From: an uncultured Candidatus Saccharibacteria bacterium
Lineage (GTDB): Bacteria; Patescibacteriota; CPR2; UBA1875; CAZAFQ01
Assembly: GCA_964484885.1 (NCBI GenBank)
Contig: CAZAFQ010000001.1
Coordinates: forward strand, 1-37,982
DNA: 37,982 nucleotides
Direction of reading: 5' to 3'
A program made the translations under genes and the position numbers. Under the pieces are notes generated by a model. The model was not told where the DNA came from. It saw only the letters and a list, made by a program, of their open reading frames with translations, and made no database searches. Positions within the stretch are counted from its first letter, which is position 1. Every line of letters begins with the position of its first letter. Below, in pieces: positions 7,336-15,967 of the stretch.

Positions 7336-8394
7336 ATGCTGGTTGATATTAAGAAAATTAAATTAAATCCAAACAATCCTAGGTCTATCACAAACGACAA
7401 GTTTAAATCACTTGTGAAATCATTGAGAGATTTCCCAGAAATGTTAGAAAAACGACCGATAGTGGTTGATGAAAACATGATGATACTTGGAGGTAATATG
7501 AGACTGAAAGCGTGCCTAGAAGCAGGAATTACTAAAGTTCCAATCTCTATTGCAAAAGATTGGAGTGAAAAGAAAAAGAAGGAGTTTATTATTAAAGATA
7601 ATCTTGCTTACGGTGAGTGGGATTGGGATATTTTAGCAAACGAATGGGAGCAAGAGGAGCTAGAGGACTGGGAAATGGACCTGCCAACTGATTGGAAGAC
7701 TGATGAGATAGAAGAAGATGATGCTCCGGAAGTTAGTGATGAGCCAGCCATATCTAAACTCGGAGAAATCTACAAGCTAGGCAGACATCGCCTAATGTGT
7801 GGGGATGCTACAAAGATTGAGGATGTTAATTTGCTTATGGGGGGAGGCAAGGCTGATATGGCATTTACTGATCCCCCGTATAACATGGACTATAAAGGGG
7901 CTGGTGGTCAAAAAAGAGAAGGGATTTTAAACGACAAAATGACATCTGATAGCTTTTATCAGTTTTTAAAGGATTTTCTTATTGCTATAAAGTCAAAAGT
8001 TTTTGGAGGAGTATATGTTTGTATGGGAGCTAAAGAGATTGGAACTTTAAAGCTAGCCATGGAAGAAACAGGAGTCCACTGGCAGGACATAATTGTCTGG
8101 GTTAAAAATAAATTTGTGCTAGGTGGGACTGATTATCAAAGACAAACAGAGTATATAATTCTTGGAAATAATGGAGAGGAATTTTTGGACAATACAGAAG
8201 AAGCGGAATTAATTGGTTATGGTTGGACAAAACATAATTGGTACGGAGGAAGAAAGAATGCTAATGTGTGGAGGTTTGACAGAGAATTGAAAAATGACTT
8301 ACATCCGACGATGAAACCAGTCAAATTGTGTGGAACAGCAATTGTTAATAGTTCTACGAGGGGGGGGGTCTGTCTTAGATGTTTTTGGCGGTAG
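7336..8394 (+). CDS. ParB-like nuclease domain fused to DNA methyltransferase (N6A/N4C beta class), N-terminal 5/6, out of frame after the G9 tract
   Basis: The ParB/Srx-like N-terminus has KIKLNPNNPR and GGNMRLKA. Motif IV is FTDPPYN. HPTMKPVKL lies just before the frameshift. Confidence 0.8.
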   Translation: MLVDIKKIKLNPNNPRSITNDKFKSLVKSLRDFPEMLEKRPIVVDENMMILGGNMRLKACLEAGITKVPISIAKDWSEKKKKEFIIKDNLAYGEWDWDILANEWEQEELEDWEMDLPTDWKTDEIEEDDAPEVSDEPAISKLGEIYKLGRHRLMCGDATKIEDVNLLMGGGKADMAFTDPPYNMDYKGAGGQKREGILNDKMTSDSFYQFLKDFLIAIKSKVFGGVYVCMGAKEIGTLKLAMEETGVHWQDIIVWVKNKFVLGGTDYQRQTEYIILGNNGEEFLDNTEEAELIGYGWTKHNWYGGRKNANVWRFDRELKNDLHPTMKPVKLCGTAIVNSSTRGGVCLRCFWR

Positions 8395-8545
8395 TGGCAC
8401 AACACTGATCGCAAGTGAACAATTAGATCGTAAGTGTTATATGATGGAACTAGATCCTAAATACTGTGATGTCATTAGAAAAAGATACTGGAAGTTTACA
8501 ACTGGAAGTATTAATGGATGGTCAAAAGGAACACCAATAATATAA
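8330..8545 (+). CDS. C-terminal segment of the same methyltransferase (motif I), +1 frame
   Basis: Encodes GGGSVLDVFGGSGTTLIA (AdoMet motif I FxGxG). It is continuous with 7336..8368 if the G run were 8 nt. Confidence 0.75.
   Translation: MEQQLLIVLRGGGSVLDVFGGSGTTLIASEQLDRKCYMMELDPKYCDVIRKRYWKFTTGSINGWSKGTPII
8360..8368 (+). repeat. G9 homopolymer inside the methyltransferase gene
   Basis: Direct count in acgagGGGGGGGGGtctg. It is the point where the reading frame changes by +1. Confidence 0.95.
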
Positions 8546-8557
8546 AATTTTACAACT

Positions 8558-8926
8558 ATGGACAACAAAATACTAAAAAAAGCATTTATAGATGCTTATA
8601 AAAAAACTTTTGGCAATATTAGCCAGTCATGCAAGAGGATAAAAATAAGTAGGCAAACTTATTACAACTGGATGGAAAAAGATGAAGAGTTTAAAAAACA
8701 ACTAGACGGGGTAGAGCCGGAAGAAGTTTTTATTGACTTTGCAGAAAATGCCTTAGTCAAGAGAATACAAGAAGGCGACACGACCGCAATTATATTTACT
8801 CTTAAGACTAAAGGCAAAAAAAGAGGATATATTGAAAGGCAAGAAATTGAGCACAAGGGAGAGATAGACACGGGTTCAAAAGAGGTAGCAAAAGCCCTTC
8901 GTGAAATAATAGAAAGCGATGAGTAA
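8558..8926 (+). CDS. terS: terminase small subunit-like HTH protein
   Basis: HTH ISRQTYYNWMEKDEEF and the later AIIFTLKTKGKKRGY resemble phage terS families. It sits immediately upstream of terL and overlaps it. Confidence 0.6.
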   Translation: MDNKILKKAFIDAYKKTFGNISQSCKRIKISRQTYYNWMEKDEEFKKQLDGVEPEEVFIDFAENALVKRIQEGDTTAIIFTLKTKGKKRGYIERQEIEHKGEIDTGSKEVAKALREIIESDE

Positions 8927-10211
8927 AAGCATAAAAGCGATTAAAAAAATCGTTCACACTTATTTCAAAGACTCAAATAACGAACCATTCCCGATTACTG
9001 ACAGCCAGTGTAGACTATTTGCAGGGATAGTAGATAGGCGTAAAAAATGGTTATGGATATCCGCGCCCACCCGTTATGGCAAGAGCGAGACTTTAGCCCT
9101 TGCGATAATTTATTTAGCGGTATTTGAAAGATTAAAAATCCCCGTTGTTGCTGGCTCAAAAGACAAAGCAAAAAAAATAATGGATTATGTCGTGGCTCAT
9201 ATTGCAGACCACCCAGAGTTACACAATGGACTGATCAACGTTAAGGGGATTGATGACGTAGAGAAGCTAAAGATAACAATTTCTAAAAATGCTCTGCGAT
9301 GGTCTAATGGTGGTTGGATATTTGTTACCTCAATTGACTCAAGGTCAATAATTAGTGAAGGAGAGGGAGCAGTTGGCGAGGGAGGTGATGTAGTTATTTT
9401 AGAAGAGGCTGGCTTAATAAAAAGAGAAGAGCAGTTCTCGAAGGTGGTAAGAATGACAGAGCACAAATCTGGCTGGGGGAAGTTGGTAATGTCCGGCAAC
9501 TGTATAGAAAACAGTGTGTTTGAAAAAGCATATAAAAGTAGCCTCTATTTCAAGATAAGAATTAGTTTAGAAGAAGCAATTAGAGAAGGCAGGTTTACAA
9601 AGCAAGAGCTAGAGGATAAAAAACAACAAACAACAGCTAAGGATTGGAAGCGATATTATTTAGTTAAATTTCCAAAGGCTAGCGAGTTTGCTTATTTTAA
9701 ACCAAATAAGTATGAGGTGTTGCCCAGAGAGCTAGATTATTTTGGAGCTATTGACCCCTCTCTTGGCGAAACAAAAAAGTCAAGCAAAATTGGGATAGTA
9801 GTTTTAGCAAGGGACACTAAAGGTCAAGTTTTCGAGACAGAGAGCGTTGTCGACCATCTATCCCCAGATGAAGCAATAAGGAAAATATTTAATATGCCTT
9901 ATAAATTTAAGCGGTTTGTATTTGAGGCTGTTCAGTTTCAAAAGTACTTCTTAGAGATAACAGATGAAAAAAGCAAAGCTCAAGGACTATATATCCCATT
10001 TGAGGGGATTACTCAGGCAAAGAATAAAACAGAAAGAATAGAAAGCCTAGAGCCACATGTCAATAACAAACACATATTATTTAAGGGTGACAATCAGCTG
10101 TGGAAAGACTTGCAAGACTACCCAGAAACAGAGTTCTTAGATGGGCTTGACTCATTAGAGATGGCATGGAGAGCTATTGGGGAGGCTGATACAGAATTTT
10201 TCTTTGCTTAA
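8919..10211 (+). CDS. terL: terminase large subunit
   Basis: Walker A-like SAPTRYGKSE and Walker B-like VVILEEAG. The C-terminal nuclease-like region has GAIDPSLG. Position is canonical. Confidence 0.8.
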   Translation: MSKSIKAIKKIVHTYFKDSNNEPFPITDSQCRLFAGIVDRRKKWLWISAPTRYGKSETLALAIIYLAVFERLKIPVVAGSKDKAKKIMDYVVAHIADHPELHNGLINVKGIDDVEKLKITISKNALRWSNGGWIFVTSIDSRSIISEGEGAVGEGGDVVILEEAGLIKREEQFSKVVRMTEHKSGWGKLVMSGNCIENSVFEKAYKSSLYFKIRISLEEAIREGRFTKQELEDKKQQTTAKDWKRYYLVKFPKASEFAYFKPNKYEVLPRELDYFGAIDPSLGETKKSSKIGIVVLARDTKGQVFETESVVDHLSPDEAIRKIFNMPYKFKRFVFEAVQFQKYFLEITDEKSKAQGLYIPFEGITQAKNKTERIESLEPHVNNKHILFKGDNQLWKDLQDYPETEFLDGLDSLEMAWRAIGEADTEFFFA

Positions 10212-10224
10212 CAACCACTTATTG

Positions 10225-10233
10225 TGATATATT
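10225..10233 (+). promoter_or_regulatory. extended -10 element TGaTATATT
   Basis: Intergenic, between terL and portal. Same TGATATA core as 15889 and 25438. Confidence 0.4.
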
Positions 10234-10285
10234 ATAGTGGACACACAAACTATTGAGAGTCAGCGAGCCCCATAAAGTAAAAAAT

Positions 10286-12523
10286 ATGAACATATTTCAA
10301 AAAGGCTTACAAATAATTAAAAAAGACTTTCTAGGTTTAGGTCACTCTGTTACTTCTTTTGGGTGGCAAATTCCAGGCAGATGGAACAAAAGACAACAAC
10401 TCGAGCAATACAATAGATACGTTTACACAATAGTGTCTGCTTTTGCTATTGATTTTGCGAAAAATGGCTACAAGCTAAAGAGGGGGGAATCAGAGGTTGG
10501 CAGTCATGAGCTACTTAACGTTTTAAATTCCCCCAATTCAGAGCAGTCAGGGTTTCAGTTTAGAGAGTTGCATGCCACCTACATGAAGCTAGCAGGTGAG
10601 TCATTTTGGTACTTAGTTAGGGGAAGTCTTAGTAAAAAAGCAAAAGAGATATATTTGCTTAGACCCGATTTAGTAGATATCGAGCTAAACGATGACAGTA
10701 TTGGGTCGATAAAAAAATATATACTTCACTTGCCAAGCGGAAAAAAAGAGGATTTTAGCCCAGAGGAAATTATTCATTTCAAGTATCCGAATCCTATAAA
10801 TCCAAAACGAGGCATGGGAGTAGTAGAAGCCTCAATGACTTACCTTCAGACCGAAGAGTATTCTAGCCAATGGACAAAAAACTCAATTTATAACTCTGGT
10901 CGTCCATCTGGAATTATAAACCTACAGGGGAAGATGGATGACAATCAATTCAATCAATTAAAAGAAAATTTCAAACAAGAGTATACAGGCACAGTAAATG
11001 CTGGCAAAACCCTACTATTAAAAGGATTTGATGGTATAGACTGGGCGAAGTTGGGAATGGATTTAGAGGGCATTGATTTAAAGAGCGTTAAAGATTTAAC
11101 TAGAGAGGACATTATGTTTATGTTTAGGACCTCAAATACCATTATGGGAATTACTGATGATGTGAATCGAGCTAATTCTAGAGAAATGAGAGGAGTGTGG
11201 ATGGACAATGTGGTAAAGCCTGAGCTAGATAGATTTGTTGATCAAATAAATCACTCATTGGCTAAGATTTACGGAAATGATCTAACACTAGAATATGAAG
11301 ACCCTAATCCTGAAACAATTAAAGATAGGGTCGAGGAATGGGATAAAGGAGTAGACAGGTGGCTAAGTAAGAACGACATCATTAGAGAGAGAAATCAAAT
11401 ATTGGGAACTGATATTCCAGAGAAAAAAGGAGGGGATGAGATTTGGCAACCACTGTCACTCGTACCCATGGAGTTAAGAAAAGAGGATAAGTCTCAAGAG
11501 AAACAAGTCAAAACAGAAAAGAACCTAAAAAAGGAAAGGAAAGTAGAAAAAGAAGTTAGTCTAGAAGTCAAGCCAACAAAGAAAGAGCGTGGAGAGATAA
11601 TGAGAAAGAATATTTTTAGAGAACAAGAAAGATGGGAGCAACCATTCCAAGAACAAGTCAACAAAGTATTTGAGTATCAAAAAAAGCAAATTCTGGATAA
11701 AGTAAAATCAATAGACAAAAACTTTGAAGATTGGTTATTTGACCGATTAGAGTCAATATTATTATGGAAAGAGTTAATTTTGCCAATTGCAACAGAAATC
11801 ATAAAAAGTCAATCTAAGTATATGTTTGATTTTGTTGATGACGATAGCGTTGCAGGAGAGTTAGAGATAACCCCTTCAATAAAAAACTCAATCGAACAAA
11901 GAGTGGAAAGGTGGTCGTCAGATGTTGACGCCGACACTAGAGAATTATTGAATGACACAATCAATCAAGGAGTAAGAGCCGGAGAATCTGTTTCTAAGTT
12001 GAGGTCTCGAATAGAGTCCGTGTATGATCAAGCAACTAAAACGAGAAGCACTAGAATTGCTAGAACAGAAACGATATTCTTATCTAACATGGCTCAACTT
12101 GAAGCTATGCAGTTTTTACCAAGCGTCGTTGGCAAACAATGGATGACTAATCCAGATGCCTGCGAGTTTTGTAAACCGCTTGAGGGGGTAATAATGGGTT
12201 TGGGAACTAATTTTGTAAATCAAGGGGAGTCAGTTGAGGGCTCTGATGGCGGTATTATGGTTGCTGACTACGAGGACGTATTACACCCACCCTTACATCC
12301 GAATTGCAGATGTACTATCCTTCCGGTAAACCGAGAGGAAATGAAGGACGTCAGGATTAATAAACTAGAGCAAATGTTAAATGAGTATAACGATATGGAT
12401 AAAAGAACCAAAGAAGCTAGAGGGATGTTAGAGAAAATGCAAAAAGAAAAAGAGGATCTAGCAGAGGACAAAAAAGAGTTAAATGAAACATTGAAAAAAA
12501 TAGAGGAGCTAGTAAATGAGTAG
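10286..12523 (+). CDS. portal protein fused to a MuF/SPP1 gp7-like minor head protein domain
   Basis: The N-terminal ~400 aa look portal-like. A K/E-rich linker follows. The C-terminal part has RIARTETIF...CEFCKPLEG...HPNCRCTILP (Phage_Mu_F signature). The ORF-track start at 10253 is a TTG, and the first ATG is 10286. Confidence 0.85.
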   Translation: MNIFQKGLQIIKKDFLGLGHSVTSFGWQIPGRWNKRQQLEQYNRYVYTIVSAFAIDFAKNGYKLKRGESEVGSHELLNVLNSPNSEQSGFQFRELHATYMKLAGESFWYLVRGSLSKKAKEIYLLRPDLVDIELNDDSIGSIKKYILHLPSGKKEDFSPEEIIHFKYPNPINPKRGMGVVEASMTYLQTEEYSSQWTKNSIYNSGRPSGIINLQGKMDDNQFNQLKENFKQEYTGTVNAGKTLLLKGFDGIDWAKLGMDLEGIDLKSVKDLTREDIMFMFRTSNTIMGITDDVNRANSREMRGVWMDNVVKPELDRFVDQINHSLAKIYGNDLTLEYEDPNPETIKDRVEEWDKGVDRWLSKNDIIRERNQILGTDIPEKKGGDEIWQPLSLVPMELRKEDKSQEKQVKTEKNLKKERKVEKEVSLEVKPTKKERGEIMRKNIFREQERWEQPFQEQVNKVFEYQKKQILDKVKSIDKNFEDWLFDRLESILLWKELILPIATEIIKSQSKYMFDFVDDDSVAGELEITPSIKNSIEQRVERWSSDVDADTRELLNDTINQGVRAGESVSKLRSRIESVYDQATKTRSTRIARTETIFLSNMAQLEAMQFLPSVVGKQWMTNPDACEFCKPLEGVIMGLGTNFVNQGESVEGSDGGIMVADYEDVLHPPLHPNCRCTILPVNREEMKDVRINKLEQMLNEYNDMDKRTKEARGMLEKMQKEKEDLAEDKKELNETLKKIEELVNE

Positions 12524-13259
12524 AGTTAAAAACATTACAAACTCTTTAGAATTAAAACGTATCCAATTAAGCAATGAAAAGGAAGTTAGAAATTTAATTG
12601 GAGAGGTTAAACTACAAAATGATTTATTAGGAGAGGTTATCCAATCACTAGATAAAGTTAAGGAATCGATTGACTCACAAGATTATCCACAGCCACACAA
12701 GACGGTAAAGATTAGTAATCTTAAAGATGTAAAAATCCCAGAGCTAAAATCAGTTCAGATAGAAAAACCCACTTGGTTAAAGTTAAAACAATTTTCTCTT
12801 TCTGAGCTGATTAGCTCTATTGGTGATTTGTTTAGCAATTTGCTCAGCAGGGAGTTTAGGGTTGATTTAGAACAATATCGAGTAGCCAGAAATGCCATAT
12901 CTGTTCGATTGTCAAACGGGAAAGAGTTTTTAGAGTCATTAAATACGGGCATCGCAACTGGTATGTCTAGTATTGAGTTTCCTAGTTGGATTTCTAAAGA
13001 GGAAGCCCAAAAATCGATAAATTCCAAGCTAGACACATATAGTCTTAACGATGTAAGAGATAATTCTATTAACAGCAATATTACATATTTAGGGAAGGAT
13101 GATAAGCAAGGCAATTGGCTAATAATAGAGATAAACGAGCTAGAAGGAGTAAGTATGAGATTTGCAACAGTTAAAAACAATCCCTTAATAAATACATATC
13201 AAGAAGCAATGCTAAACAGAGAGTCATTAACTTATGATATTTACTCAAAAGCTTTCTAA
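12516..13259 (+). CDS. hypothetical head-module protein, 247 aa
   Basis: SD GAGGAG 7 nt upstream. Overlaps the portal stop. No family recognised. Confidence 0.6.
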   Translation: MSRVKNITNSLELKRIQLSNEKEVRNLIGEVKLQNDLLGEVIQSLDKVKESIDSQDYPQPHKTVKISNLKDVKIPELKSVQIEKPTWLKLKQFSLSELISSIGDLFSNLLSREFRVDLEQYRVARNAISVRLSNGKEFLESLNTGIATGMSSIEFPSWISKEEAQKSINSKLDTYSLNDVRDNSINSNITYLGKDDKQGNWLIIEINELEGVSMRFATVKNNPLINTYQEAMLNRESLTYDIYSKAF

Positions 13260-13261
13260 AT

Positions 13262-13447
13262 ATGGTAGACGTTCGATGCAAATATTGTGGTAGATTGCAG
13301 ATGAGGCTCGACTTTGGAATCGGCGAGATTAAGTGTGGTAGGTGTGGCAAAATAGTTAAGTTTAAGGTTACTACTCAGAGTTTAGATAGGTTTGTTGAGA
13401 GGTTAAAACTAAGAGACCAGAAAATTAGACTTGACAAGCAAGACTGA
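13262..13447 (+). CDS. Com-like zinc-finger protein, 61 aa
   Basis: VRCKYCGRL...GEIKCGRCGKIV matches the spacing of the Mu Com zinc finger (zf-Com) as I recall it. Confidence 0.6.
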   Translation: MVDVRCKYCGRLQMRLDFGIGEIKCGRCGKIVKFKVTTQSLDRFVERLKLRDQKIRLDKQD

Positions 13448-13533
13448 AAATGCAAGAATTATAGTAGAAGTCCTAGAGATTCCCTATATAAGAGGTCATA
13501 GAACCCGACAAACTAATAAAAGAGACCTTTGAG

Positions 13534-13556
13534 TCCGCCTTAGTGGCGGATTTTTT
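13534..13556 (+). terminator. rho-independent terminator
   Basis: TCCGCC-ttagt-GGCGGA followed by TTTTTT. Confidence 0.7.
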
Positions 13557-13576
13557 GTGTCCGAAAGGAAACACTT

Positions 13577-14050
13577 ATGTCATTTGAGCACTTTAATATA
13601 GGTGCGGGAGAGCTATCTGTGAATAGTATTGACGTTGGGCATACGACAGAAGAAGGCATTGTTGTAATGCTTGAGCCAAATGTTCACCTACATCGTTCCG
13701 GTAAATGGGGCATGACACCAGTTAAGGCTTCAATCATCGGATATGAAGTTACAGTCCAAATCACAATGGCTGAAACTACTTTAGCAAACCTGAAAAAAGC
13801 TATCGCTGGCTCAACAACTGGCGGTAACAATGTGCAGATCGGTGGATTAGCTGGCAGAGAAGTAAATGGCAGTGAGATTACTCTTACGCCTTTTGATGGA
13901 ACTCACAGCTGGACATTCAGAAATGCAGTCCCGACTTCACCAGTCGAAGTTCTTTATCAAGTTGAAAACGAAAGAGTTTATCAGGTGACCTTTACTGCAC
14001 TAGTAGATGAGGACTCACCCGATGAATCTAACGTTGTATTTGTAAGTTAA
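13577..14050 (+). CDS. virion structural protein, 157 aa (possible displaced tail tube or decoration protein)
   Basis: SD AAAGGAAA. TAATG coupling to the capsid gene. Beta-rich sequence. The function is inference only. Confidence 0.65.
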   Translation: MSFEHFNIGAGELSVNSIDVGHTTEEGIVVMLEPNVHLHRSGKWGMTPVKASIIGYEVTVQITMAETTLANLKKAIAGSTTGGNNVQIGGLAGREVNGSEITLTPFDGTHSWTFRNAVPTSPVEVLYQVENERVYQVTFTALVDEDSPDESNVVFVS

Positions 14051-15834
14051 TGGAAAAAAGAATACTCACAGTCACTAAAGCTAGAGATTTAGGCGATGGG
14101 ATTATCGAAGCAGTTATTGCTTCTGAAAAAGAGGATAGGCATGAAACAATACTAGAGCTGAAAGGCTTGGATACCTCATCATACATGAAAAATCCAGTAG
14201 TATTATGGGTTCATGATTACTCTCATCCGCCAATAGGGAAAACACTAAGTCTGAGAAAAAGTGAGGGAAAGTTAATTGCTAAAATTCAATTCGCAATAAA
14301 CGAGGACTCATTTGCTCATAAGATTTACAAACTCTATAAAGGTGGATTTATGAAAGCTTTCTCAATCGGGTTTATCTCTAAAGAAATGAATGAGAACAGA
14401 TATACCAAATCCGAGATGTTGGAACACTCAGCAGTCCCTGTTCCCGCAAACTCAGAAGCTCTAGCTCTAGCAGTTACTAAAGGGGTTATTGAAAAAACAG
14501 ACCTCGAATTATTTGCCGAAAGGCAGAAGGGAAACAATATGAAATTAAAAGATATTCTAGCAAAAAGACTAGAAGACTTAACAGGTGAGGAAAGAGCCTT
14601 CCTCATCGAAAATAAAGATAAATTGTCAGAGGCTCAAAAAATAGTATATAGGGAAATCCTTACGGAAGCCGAAGAGTCAGAGGAAACTCCAGAGGAAACC
14701 CATGAGGAAGCTCCAAAAGAGAATGAGGAAGTCAAGGAACAACTTAAATCATTAAGCGAGGCTGTGGGTAAAATCTCAGAATTACTTGATGGTCAAGTTG
14801 TTAGAAAAGACATCAACCTAGGCGCTCAATCTCGATATTCAAGAGGGCTCAAGAAGGAGGAAAAGACTAAACTCTGGTTCAAAGGATTGGTCACAAACAA
14901 TTTCTCTGAATACGTTGATGTTGTAGGCAAACAAGCCATGACCACCGACGAAAACGGAGCAATTGTCCCTCCAGAAGAGTTTATCGCAGAAATTTCTCGC
15001 CTTGAGGAAGAGTACGGAGTTGCTTCCAGATTTGCGAATGTAAGGCGAACAACTAATAATGCTCTCAGGGGTGTAAAGGGAGGTGATGATTTAGAATTGG
15101 TCAAAACTTCTGAGCTTGGGCATAAAGCCAAACAAGAAACAAGCTATGAGCCATATAATCTAACTCACCTAGAGTATACGGGCATTGTGCCTGTATCTGA
15201 TACTTTGCTTGAGGATAGCGCCATTGATTTATGGGGGGACTTAACTAATAGGTTCGCTCGTGCCAATGTCAAGCGTCAAGATGAGTTGGTCTTAACTGAG
15301 AATGATACCGACGACGATGTTTATGGTATCTTAAATGCTCTTGGTACAGCTCAGATTGGAGTTGTAGATTTAGAGGACACATTAGCAGACAAGTTAAACG
15401 AGATGTTATACGCTGTCCCCACCCCCTCAATGAGCAATGGAAGATACCTCTTTCATAGAACTTGGTTGGGAGCTATCCAAAGATTGAAGGATAAAGACGG
15501 CAGATATATTTGGCAACCTGGCATTGACGGTGGAGTTTCAGGAACTATCTGGGGCGTGCCTTACACCTTAACAGAAGCCATGCCTTCACTTAATGAGGTT
15601 CAAGAAGGCGACCCGTTCTTGATTTTTGGTGACATGAAAAACACCACTCTTTCAATCAGAGTACCAATGCAAACCCAGTTCTTTAATACTGGCGTTATCA
15701 CAGATAGTAGTGGTAATGTTCTGTTGAACTTAATGCAACAGGACGCACAAGCTATTAGAGCTAGAGTGAGAATGAACCAAGTCCACGTTCACCCAGAGGC
15801 TTACAGTGTGTTGGTTTTAGGAGATATTAGTTAA
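14050..15834 (+). CDS. HK97-type prohead protease (S78) fused to an acidic linker and an HK97-fold major capsid protein
   Basis: The N-terminus has PVVLWVHDYSHPPIGK...AFSIGF...HSAVPVPAN (protease-like). An E-rich coiled linker follows. The C-terminal ~300 aa look capsid-like. A strong terminator lies downstream. Confidence 0.85.
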   Translation: MEKRILTVTKARDLGDGIIEAVIASEKEDRHETILELKGLDTSSYMKNPVVLWVHDYSHPPIGKTLSLRKSEGKLIAKIQFAINEDSFAHKIYKLYKGGFMKAFSIGFISKEMNENRYTKSEMLEHSAVPVPANSEALALAVTKGVIEKTDLELFAERQKGNNMKLKDILAKRLEDLTGEERAFLIENKDKLSEAQKIVYREILTEAEESEETPEETHEEAPKENEEVKEQLKSLSEAVGKISELLDGQVVRKDINLGAQSRYSRGLKKEEKTKLWFKGLVTNNFSEYVDVVGKQAMTTDENGAIVPPEEFIAEISRLEEEYGVASRFANVRRTTNNALRGVKGGDDLELVKTSELGHKAKQETSYEPYNLTHLEYTGIVPVSDTLLEDSAIDLWGDLTNRFARANVKRQDELVLTENDTDDDVYGILNALGTAQIGVVDLEDTLADKLNEMLYAVPTPSMSNGRYLFHRTWLGAIQRLKDKDGRYIWQPGIDGGVSGTIWGVPYTLTEAMPSLNEVQEGDPFLIFGDMKNTTLSIRVPMQTQFFNTGVITDSSGNVLLNLMQQDAQAIRARVRMNQVHVHPEAYSVLVLGDIS

Positions 15835-15858
15835 AAAGCTAATGTCAATTGAACAGTT

Positions 15859-15887
15859 GCCCCACTCTTTAGTGGGGCTTTTGTTTT
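15859..15887 (+). terminator. rho-independent terminator after the capsid gene
   Basis: 8-bp stem GCCCCACT/AGTGGGGC, loop cttt, then TTTTgTTTT. Confidence 0.8.
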
Positions 15888-15888
15888 G

Positions 15889-15897
15889 TGATATACT
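15889..15897 (+). promoter_or_regulatory. extended -10 promoter TGaTATACT
   Basis: Lies immediately after the terminator. An identical 9-mer occurs at 25438. Confidence 0.5.
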
Positions 15898-15967
15898 TAA
15901 TATATGCTAAAAATAAAAGACATTATTCACCAGGCAATTATAAAGCCATTCATAACAAAGGACGAAG

